From: Dimorphilus gyrociliatus
Taxonomy: Eukaryota > Animalia > Annelida
Assembly: GCA_904063045.1 (NCBI GenBank)
Contig: CAJFCJ010000001.1
Span: forward strand, 248,001 to 312,000
Reading direction: 5' to 3'
DNA length: 64,000 nt
Below are positions 26,901 through 37,498 of the stretch, one piece after another. A program made the position numbers and the translations under genes. Under the pieces are notes generated by a model, which saw only the letters and a program-made list of their open reading frames with translations, was not told where the DNA came from and did not search any database. Every line of letters begins with the position of its first letter. Position 1 is the stretch's first letter.

Positions 26901-29343
26901 CATAATTAATACTATATTACCAAATAAGGAGTGATAAAAAAAATTCAATTACCGTAGTAGTACAGTCATCCGCTGGTAAAAAAAAATTCAACAAACACCA
27001 TTAGTCCAAATATAACACTTTACACTATAGAGCTTATATTTATTTCAATTTGTGGTAACATCTGTCATTGAATGGAATTCCCATCGGTGACGTCATTTTT
27101 ATTTTTCCATTTCTCTCAATCCCTCTTCCTCTATCGATTAAAACATCTGTGGCCTGCGGAACTATAACTTGTAAACGTGACAGCAAAGATATTTGCAGAT
27201 TTTTAATTTCTGTAATATTATCTATAATACTACTTTGGCGGTGAAGTGAAAGAGATTAACACAGAATTTTATCTATAGATATTTAATCGTTGGCCTTAGG
27301 CCGAAATATTCTATAGCGACGAACATATTTATAGTTTATACTGGTGATCTAAATAGGACTGAATATATAAATCACAGAGGAGAGATGTCAGCAGGCCTGC
27401 GTAGGCAAGACTCAGCTTTGAGTTCGATACTAAACCTATTCAATTTGGAAGCAGATAACACAGAGGGAGAGGAATCGATTATTGAAAAAATTAAACAATT
27501 TGTTACTAGTAATGATGAATGTTGGATCGGAAATAGACGCAATTCTAATAAATCAACTGAATTTATTCATTTTTCAAATAGGAGCGAAGAACCTGTTCAC
27601 TCGAATATGGATATTACTACTGGCCATATAGTTCTCTCATATATGGAAGATCACTTGAAGAATAAGGAAAAAGTTGACGAAGAGTGGGAAGCCTTATGCT
27701 CCTACGAAGCCGAGCCCAACTCTTGTTCTGTTGGCATGGAACACAGTAGGAACAACCGATTCGCCGATATTCTTCCTTATAATCACTCTCGTGTGGTTCT
27801 AAATGCCTCCAGTAACGTATCAGGCATAGATTACATCAATGCTAGTTGCATTACAGATCACGACCCACGTAATCCAGCTTATATCGCCACTCAAGGACCC
27901 CTGGCTCATACCGTAGCTGATTTTTGGCAGATGGTGTGGGAGCAAGGAGCAGTAAGTGTTTATAATTACAAGCATTACTAAAAATTCTGATTTAATGGAT
28001 TATATTTTCACAGGTTACTATCGTTAATCTAACTGAGTTGGGAGAAAATTTATGTCATCGTTATTGGCCAGAAGAGGGATCCGATTTATATAATACTTAT
28101 GAGGTTCATCTGGTTTCTGAACATATGTGGAGCGATGATTACGTCGTCAGAAGCTTCTACTTAAAGAATATACAAACAAATGAAACAAGAACAGTGTCCC
28201 AATTCCACTACCTTACATGGCCCGAATTAGGTGTTCCACATTCAGTCAAATCTATTTTAGATTTCCGAAGGTTTGTAGTCAAAAAGTATTTTTGTCTTTT
28301 AATATAGAAAAAGCTATATGTATATTAACATATATATATAACTCGGTATACTATATTTATATTTGGTATAGTATATTAAAAGGTCTTTCGTAAAGAAAAC
28401 TCCCTCATATATAAAAGTATATATATATATATATATATATAAATTTATATACTATATATATGTTTAGGAAATAAAAATAGAAGTTTCTTTTTTATCTACT
28501 TAACAAAAAAAAAAGAAGAAAAAAAGAAAACAAATCGATTGCATGATTTCTCTTTTAACATTATTCTTTCTATTGTATACGGCATGCTTTATTTTCGTTT
28601 CTTTGCGCACTATGTGTTTGTCATATCGAGCAAACCTGATGTTGTTAAACACATTATAAGCAAGATTGAGAGAAACAATTTTAAAGATATGTCTCTCATA
28701 TAAACACTGTATATACTATACAGTAAAATTAAATATATAAACATATAATATATACTGTATATATATATATATATAAATTATTTATTTATATATATAATAT
28801 TATTAATAGTAGATACAGTTTATTGTTGAGAACCTTTATATACATACTGCAAATTTATTGCAGTATGATTGCATTTATCCACCACTTAATCGTTGTCACA
28901 ATAACTATTGATTTGCTATTTCATTTGTAATATTTCTTTATTTATATTTTCTTAAATGAAATACTTTACATAACGAAAAAAAAGTTCCATTTTCTCCATG
29001 TCGCGTAGTCATAATTTTCCTATGAGTTCTGCAAATACAAACAGGTTTGCTTAAGACATGACATGCGCATCGTTGGCAAAGAGGCGGCCAGCTTTTGTGA
29101 TATTTGCAATTGTGATTTGAAGCCAGTTGCATAGTCACAAAAGTGATCGTTTCCTTGTCGCTGCTCGTACCGACACCTGGCGGATATCGGGCGAGAATTT
29201 CTTCCGCTCTATTAGGTTTTTTCCCGGGGTATTCATCTATAAGTGTATATTGGCATATATATAATATAAATATGCATACAGTTTATATATTATAAATAAC
29301 TATATATGTATACATTTATGAATATATTAGATATATATATGCA

Positions 29344-29393
<50 letters not shown>

Positions 29394-29982
29394 TATATAT
29401 ATATAATGTAGCGTATAGTGCAAGTATATATTATACATAAAAAAGATGTAGAGATATATATTTTCGCTGTTGTTTTTTACAAATCTTTACCCTTCCTAAA
29501 CGCTTATAGTCCCAAATTCTATCACTGCTTTTCTCAATATTCCCTAAAGAGATGTAAAAAAAAAGTTAATATTCTTTATAGATGAAGTAAAACAAAAATA
29601 GAACTGCAGGTTTTTCACTAATGTCTCGTTTATTCTACCCTTACAGGAAAGTCAACAAATCTTATAAAGCCCGTTCCTGCCCTATCGTCGTTCATTGCAG
29701 CGATGGCGCAGGAAGGACTGGGGGCTATTGTTTGCTGGATTTAGTACTGAATAGACTTGCTAAAGGTTAATTGATAGTCTATTATGCTTCTCTCCTATCC
29801 TTATATCTTCTTTCATTGCTTACTTTTTCTTTTCAGGAGCAAAAGAGATCGATATAGCAGCTAGCTTAGAACATATTCGTGACCAGAGATTGAGTATGGT
29901 GAAGACAAAGGAACAGTTCACTTTTATTTTGGCGTCAGTTGCTGAAGAGGTCCATGCTATTCTAAAAGCACTTCCACAGTAG
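23925..29982 (+). CDS. PTPRN: Receptor-type tyrosine phosphatase-like N (IA-2/phogrin), a dense-core vesicle protein; 9 exons, ~825 aa
   Basis: Exons 23925-24000, 24101-24151, 24574-24969, 25276-25320, 25827-26844, 27582-27951, 28014-28270, 29647-29765, 29837-29982, all phase-consistent. Signal peptide, N-terminal [24 protein letters not shown], one TM, and IA-2 hallmarks [38 protein letters not shown] and [12 protein letters not shown]. Confidence 0.95.
29075..29160 (+). ncRNA. mir-153: mir-153 precursor hairpin in the PTPRN intron 28271-29646
   Basis: 29127-29148 reads TTGCATAGTCACAAAAGTGATC, the miR-153-3p sequence as I recall it. The upstream arm GCTTTTGTGATATTTGCAA (29091-29109) pairs with it, and a lower stem extends the hairpin. 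Confidence 0.93.
29345..29390. repeat. (TA)n microsatellite, one of many (others near 12273-12320, 17375-17400, 28415-28440, 30867-30905, 44310-44340, 50745-50790)
   Basis: Direct read. Confidence 0.9.
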
Positions 29983-30081
29983 GGAAAGAATTTAATGACC
30001 CAAAAAGAAGGAACAAGTTTTATTTTCCTCTTCGCTTCCCTGAAATTCCAAACCTTTCTGCAAATATTACAATATATACTT

Positions 30082-30122
30082 CTCCTCCTCCTCCTCCTCC
30101 TCCTCCTCCTCCTCCTCCTCCT
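30082..30122. repeat. (CCT)n trinucleotide microsatellite just 3' of the PTPRN stop codon
   Basis: Direct read. It produces the spurious poly-Arg ORF 29820-30164 on the minus strand. Confidence 0.9.
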
Positions 30123-30860
30123 TTTTTCTCCACCTATCTCCCAAACTTTATTTGACACTTCCAATTCCTAAAGAACTGTTAAATTTTCAGAATTTATATT
30201 AAGATATAGGTTGAAAGTTTAACATTAAATAAGTAATTTTAGAAAACAAATTTAAAGAAATAATTATTAAGTTTAGAACAAAATAGATAAAAAAAGAGGT
30301 AGATTTAATAAAAAAAAATACTATTTTATTTTGACACTGCATTTGTTTTAAAGGAAACTTTTGAATGATTGAAAATGAGAGAATTTTACTGCTTTTCGAA
30401 AATATTTCTTAAATAATTTATCTATTATTATAGCTTTATTTTCTTCTGTAAAAACAAAATAAGAGAGATAAACTGCATCAAAAATTAAATTCTTTCATTT
30501 CTTCTGCAGATATTTAAACAAAACAAAAATTAAAGAATTAAAGTTTAATTTAATTTTAGTGAGTGAATATTCTCTGTCCTGTATATCAAAATTATAATGG
30601 TTAAGCTTGATTATAATGCCTTTTAAGAAATTGCTTAGAAATTTGTGCGTGTCTGCTGAATGTCAAAAGAGCTTTGTTCTTTCCAGTTCAATTTACATCC
30701 AATTTCCTCCTTTTACGAAAAAAAAATTAAATAAAAACCTTTTAACACCGAATTCTATCCCATCCCTATTCAAACTAACAAATATGGATTACAATTTAGA
30801 TATATTTACCCAGTCATATGTTTAGTCTATACGACATAATATGTATTCCAGTACAACAAA

Positions 30861-30908
<48 letters not shown>

Positions 30909-32529
30909 GTGTGTCCAGTATAACTCTACTATATACCAGCACAGTGTTCGGTGTGTATAAAACTTACATCTAGTCAATTGTCAAAAAAAAAATTGTAATC
31001 AATATATGATCAATAGACGTTGGACTATTTCCAATAGTATATACCGACGCCTATTGTCGTTTTTGACTTTTAATGTTGTTGAAATCAATCCATGTTGTGT
31101 ATAGGAGTAGTAGGAGCGGAAGAGGTGAATAAATTTCTCTTTCTCTACCGTCTTCCTATCACCTATACGCCTGTGAATGATTTATCGTTTATGTCAGTAT
31201 GCGTACCCTCAGCTGTATCTACATGCATATGTAATTATACATATATCTGCTGGAAAAAAGAACAGCACATATATATACATAATTATTTCTGTATGTACTT
31301 ATAAGCTTGAATATTATATATATAAAAAAGTCAATATATATATATATATATATATATGTATACATATATTAAACAGTGCATATATTATTCGTATGTAATC
31401 GAGGAAGTAAAGAAATATAAATACAAAATACGTTGTGCGAAAAAAGAGAAAACAGGAAAAAAAGTTTCTCTCGTACTTGATTGTAGAATAATAAAAACTG
31501 AAAATAGAGAAGGTAAAGAAAAGTTTAAACAAACTTAAGAAAAATTTACGATTAAATATAAATAGAATACAAACTTGTAAATAATTCAAAGGTGAAACTT
31601 TCAACAGAATTAAAAAAGGACTAACATGAAATTGAATATCGACTAAAACAAAAAGTTAACTGCTCATCATTCTCTATCTCACTCAATCTTTCTCACTTTT
31701 CACCTCTTTAGCACTCCCCAGCTATCATATCTCTTTTTATTCGCTCCCTCAATTTCTAGGTCTTTCACATTCAGCTTATATAATGGCATAAAACCATTAA
31801 CTCATATATATAAAACTCAATATACATAAATAAATACTCTGCATTATAAGCGTTAAAAAATTCCAGCAGGTAAAATGCCTTATAATTTCAATGAACTGCA
31901 TTATTGACTTTCCTTTGAAAATTAGTTATTCCCAAACCAATAAGCCGGAAAGAGAAAAAATATAATAAAGAAAAAAAAAGTAGAGGATGGCATTATTGAA
32001 AAAGAAAATTAGGTAGAGAAAATAAAGTAAAATAAAAATAAGGGAACTGGGCATTGGAAGGGTGGAAAAAAGAGCCATTCTTCACAAACCCAATCGGATT
32101 TCCATCATTAACGCGACAGCGTACGGGAAGAAGAGTGATGAATGAAGTGACGATCGAATTATTATTCGTAACGATAGAGGAAAAAGAAAACACAGTGAGA
32201 TAAAGAAAAGAGATAGAAAGACCTAAATCGTTTTAAGAAAACAAGATAGTATCTGCATCAAATTGCGCTATCGGTCGTCCTAATTTCCGATGTTGGATAC
32301 TAAGACGTAAAAGAGATGAATGTATATGCTTTTTTTAGTTTGCTTGCTTTTTTTTAATCTTTTATTATAATGGACAAGGCATAGTATACAGAAGCGCCAC
32401 CTATACGTAACCACTAACAATTAATACCTCTATTTTTTCTACTCTTTCAAACCATCGGCTCTCATCGTACCGAACGCGATAAAGAAAAGTAAGAGGGAAA
32501 ATATCGAAGAAACGAAGAATTAGCAAAGA

Positions 32530-33155
32530 ATGAGTGCTTACCAGGTAAGAAGTAAGAAAGAACGCTTAGCAACTGATTGCAAACGTTTAAATAAAATATG
32601 ATCGATGTAGGATAATATATTTATGTGTATATGCATCATTTTTATTATTTGTGTAATAATTATGATCATTGATATTACTTATTCCATCATTATTACAGAG
32701 ATAATAGCTGCCAGTGTTAAGGTTATCAGTATTATCATTTTTTACTATTAATGTTCCAATTAATACTGAAAAGAGGAAAAGAAATTAAGTACCAAAATAA
32801 TAGGCTTATATTTAAGGAAATTTTACTTCAAAAACAGAAAATACCTTTATTTTTAACTTGATTGTACCTTTTTTTTCTCTTTGAAAACATCGCAATAATA
32901 CCAGGAATATCCGACATCGTGTCACGCGCTCAACACACTCTTTGATAAGGTAGCGTCGATTGTTTATATATTTTAGCACGAATATTTTCCTCTACCCCTA
33001 TTTCTATATATTTTTTCTTTTAATTACTATCGTTTTAATGTAATTAATTTTATATTTAGCATGTCCTTTTTGAACACATTAGAGAAAATATGCTAATGAA
33101 TTTTACATCTATTCTATGTACGAAGAGATCTAAGCAGTACAAGCTGCGTATACTT

Positions 33156-33188
<33 letters not shown>

Positions 33189-34849
33189 GTATATTTATAG
33201 ATGTATTGCGGTATATATACTGCAAATATAAATTTCATTTTGCAGAAAAAAAATAAAGTACATTTGAGTGAGGTCTCACTTTCAATATCATAATTTTGAC
33301 TCTTTTTGTTTTTACATCACTTGTAGCATATACGCAGTATATTACCTACATTTTTCTTTAAATTCTTTTTATATTTTTTCTTGATTTTATAAGTAATATG
33401 GGTTGTATATGCGGAAAAGAAGCGTCACGGAAACAATCGAATGCACTGCTGGATAGAACAAAGGTCAGAAGTGACACCTTAACTAATGCGGTTCTCTGCT
33501 CCTTTCCCTGTCTTTTTCGCATGTCGTATTACTTATTACAACTACTCATCATATTTATTAATATAAGTATAAAATTTTTCATATAAATTGAAAAAATAAA
33601 GGCTTTTTTATTCCTAAAAATTCTTTTTATTCCTTGCTTTCTTTTTTCATTAATTTTTAATTTTTTTCTTTTATCTTTTTTTTTTTTCATTTAGACGGGG
33701 TAGTACTCTTTTTCCATTTAGTATAAATGAGAACGCATAACGTGTGTTAATAAAGCAAACAAACTTGGGTGAAGCCACGGAAGACAATACTCACGCACGA
33801 CAATTATTTATTTTCAGGGCAAGACTATTCATGTTGTTGACTTTCTACGCCTGTGGTTCCATTACGACAAGGTAAGGAAGGGGGGGAGGGAGGGAGGGAG
33901 TCGATATCTTTCATTCTTTGCTTTGTTATTATTATTATTACTTGTAAATAGCAAAACGTAGAATATTTTTCGTTTAGCGAGCATCTTCGAATATGTAAAC
34001 ATTCTCCTATATTTGTAATAGGATCGAAGTGGATACATTGAAGGTGAAGAGCTTGAGCTCTTCGTTTCGGATCTTGTAAAGAAACAGGGCGTTAAAGAAG
34101 ACACTCCGGAAGCAGTACAAGCAGCTACTCGTCTCTTTCTCAAGATGTTCGATACGAATCGCGACAAGAAGATTGAATTAAGGGAGTTTGTCCAGTGAGT
34201 AAAATACTGTATATATAAAGAAATGGAGAGGGAATTCAAATATGGTTTAGATATAGAATGATAAATATAACCTATCTACTTGCTTAAAGGATTATTTTCA
34301 CGGACAACCAATGGACACCGTTTGACGTGAGAGATAAATTGAAGAAGAAAGATTTTGATGAGATATTTGCATACTACGACAAGGTAATAATTAGGAATAT
34401 ATGTTAATTATATAGTTTTTGTTACCAATAACTGAACCAATAACGATAATTAGTATATTTAAAATGTATAGACTTATATTCAAGATGCCTCTCTTCACTA
34501 CATTGTTATTTTCTCATTCTAGGATGGCAGTCAACAGCTGGAATGTAGGGAAATGCAAACATTCTTAAGGGACATCATGCTAAAAATAGGCCAAGTAAAT
34601 TTTACAATTATCCTTACACAGGGGATGGTCCTCTAAAATTATGTTTTGTCAACTTTTCTTAATTAATCACTTTGAAAAAGTCACACAAAAAAAAGTAATT
34701 TGCCCTCATTCTTTTCGCCCCATTGATAGGTTCCAACTGAAAGAGAACTAGAAGAACAGACAAGAGTCTTTTTCCAACTTTACGATACAGACAACGACGG
34801 TAAGCTTTCGAAGGATGAACTTCGATTTTTATTGTCGAATAAAAAATGA
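32530..34849 (+). CDS. Four-EF-hand calcium-binding protein (calbindin/secretagogin-like) with two candidate alternative first coding exons
   Basis: Shared exons 33818-33871, 34022-34194, 34290-34383, 34523-34594, 34730-34849. EF loops: DKDRSGYIEGEE, DTNRDKKIELRE, DKDGSQQLECRE, DTDNDGKLSKDE. Candidate first exons: 32530-32544 (MSAYQ) or 33398-33463 (MGCICGKEASRKQSNALLDRTK), both phase 0. Confidence 0.85.
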
Positions 34850-36965
34850 AAAGCAGATGTTTCTCCGTCAAATCAATAAACCGAGTTTAATCGGGCGTAT
34901 TTCGTTTTATTTATTTCTTTCCTCAATATGCTGGAAAATAATGTTCTTTTTCACGTATTTTACTATGTGTGCAAACAGTGTTCCATTTTGTTATCGGGCC
35001 TTAGCCTCTTTAAAGATTCCTGTGCTTTTTTAATACCGAAAGCTGTACTGCCTCCCTATCTGCCTTACTAGTGCATATTGTAATTAAATAGGGAGGGGCG
35101 AACTATGGATAAGGAAAAGGGTAGAATGGGAATCAAAGTTATTTATTAAAAGATAATGCACTTAATACAGCAGACGTACGCGTTCTTTTTCTAAAATGAT
35201 GTTGTACTTGTTTAAGGGTGTATATTTATATATTACGTACGTATCAGATCAATAAATTGACGAAGTATATAATTAATCAGTGTTTCAAGTTCTAAACGTC
35301 CTTTTATCAATATAGCTAAATCTGACGCCCTTGGAAGGTTGAAGATGAAAAAAGGTGTAAAAAAATGGCATAGCTAAATTATATAAATTAGTATACATAT
35401 ATATATAAGTTACAAGAAAAACTTTAAGCTTTAGAAAGATGCAATTTTTGTCTATAACATCAAACGTTTAGAGAGCATCATTTAGCACTTTTTTATTTTC
35501 ACTTTTATCCTATAACAGCGAACGAAATGGCGAGCAGAAATAATTTCTATGAAAAATACCCTATTGATATCAACCCTATAGTGTTTAATTTCTATAGGAT
35601 ATATATTATATACTACAGTCAAATATAGAGTAGTATATAAGTACTAGAACGTAGGCCGACTGTGTAGCCATCTGTGTACAAGAATGTTTTAAAAATAAAA
35701 ATCAAATAAAATATACCAAAAGCCTTTTTCGGTTCAGAGAATCTCATTGTTTCTTTTGTTTTTAATGAGAAAAAAGAAGCCTCTATTTATAAATTGTTTT
35801 GCATTTGTAAATGCCAAATATACTTTTTATATTATGTATAGTAGATACAGTCACTTATTGTGTATAACATGTCAATTTGCAGTATAAAATATAATAAAAA
35901 TAAACTTATACACAACCCCATTAAGTTCAAAATGTTATGACTTTTTTTTTTTTCAATTTTAATAAAAGTTCATAGATTGAATCTAAGCAATGTAAAACAT
36001 TGGAAATAGAACTCTGTAGATTCTGTAGAATGAAAAACAATAGGTAAAAACAATTTTTTCCATCAATAATTTAAAACGGCAACTGTTTTAATTAAATACT
36101 TGCATCTATTCAAACAGTAAATTGTATAACCATTTATTATTTAATCAATACTATAGATAGTTAGTCTAACTTCAAGTAACATTATTGATAGCTTTTCTAT
36201 TCACTTTCAATCCTTACCCCCTCACTACCCGACAACTCTCTGCTACAATCTTCGATCAGCCATTGAATTAAATTAAAAAAAAGTTTATTTTTAAAGCAAT
36301 ATAGAGAAAGTGAATGAGCGAACTAGTGAAGTGGGAAAAGAAGAAAAAGAAAGTGGAAGAGAGTTACAGCAAATTAGAAAATTAAAAGATTTACATACAG
36401 ACATCTTTCGATGAAAAAAATAAAAATCACAATGTTATCCTGCAGGTAAGCTGAAGCTCTGAAAAGACCAAAATAAAAGTCGTTACTTCGGCCTACACTT
36501 ACCTTCTCATTTATTCAAAAATGGAAAGGTAAACCCTAATCAAAATAAACGAGTTTTTTGTTTCTTGACTAAATTAGTTATGTCGTTTGATAAAATGAAA
36601 ATTAATGATAAAAGAGCGGAAATATACAATGTATGTGTACAGCATACGTCTATTTAGCGTTATATATGCAAAAAAAAGGAAAAATACATATTTAATATAA
36701 GATAGATGTTCATAAATAGCCTTTATAGAGTATCTGTGTCTATTACATACTGTTTTACACTTTTTAACTAAATTCCCACATTATTTTTTTATTTTTTCTT
36801 ATTTATCGGTAACTTCGATAAAAAAAACTAATTTACACTAGAATATAGGAGGCACGTGTAATTGCATATAGCTGCAAGGGATTTACATAACCAAAAATAA
36901 TTAATAAATGCAGAATATTTCATACATTAAAATATTTCTCTCTTTCTTTCTTTTTTTTTTGTCAA

Positions 36966-37498
36966 CTATTTTCCGCATTTCATCATTGAACAGTAAGCAT
37001 GTTGAATTGTTCTTGGTGTAAATCCACTACAGGCCTCCACAACACAACTTTGAGTTACATCGTTCCAAGACCTTTTCCTTCCCTTCCAAAAGTAGTCACG
37101 GCAATTTCTTATTACACATGCGGAATACTCGTCAACATTCTTCTTTGAACAGAATGTTTGAATACAGACTTGACCGGCATCCCTTTGTCTTTTAACCATC
37201 TTGACATCAAAGCGACTAAATTCGTCATCTTCAATGACATCATATTTGTATGTAAAAGAAGAGGGATAAGAATAAAGAGAGGACAGAAGGCAGAATAGTC
37301 AAAAAAAAGGGAGAACATTAAAAGGAATCGAATGAAATAAAATCGAATATTTTAAGTAAAATATAAGTAACTTATTCAGATATATAAATGTAAAAGAAAG
37401 GATAAATTAAGTAACAGTATCTCACCAGCTAAAGTAAACCCTTTCCGAACAACTAAAAATAAGATGAGAAGACTAAAGAAAGTTATGATCCTCTTCAT
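36966..37498 (-). CDS. Prohormone/neuropeptide-like precursor yielding two 4-Cys peptides, both predicted amidated (2 exons, 111 aa)
   Basis: Exon 37498-37426 encodes the signal peptide MKRIITFFSLLILFLVVRKGFTLA. Exon 37228-36966 encodes DDEFSRFDVKMV-KR-QRDAGQVCIQTFCSKKNVDEYSACVIRNCRDYFWK-G-RKR-SWNDVTQSCVVEACSGFTPRTIQHAYCSMMKC-G-K-stop. Confidence 0.8.

Noticed and set aside
29820-30164. Minus-strand ORF with poly-Arg
   Set aside because: It is an artefact of the (CCT)n microsatellite and lies antisense to the last PTPRN exon.
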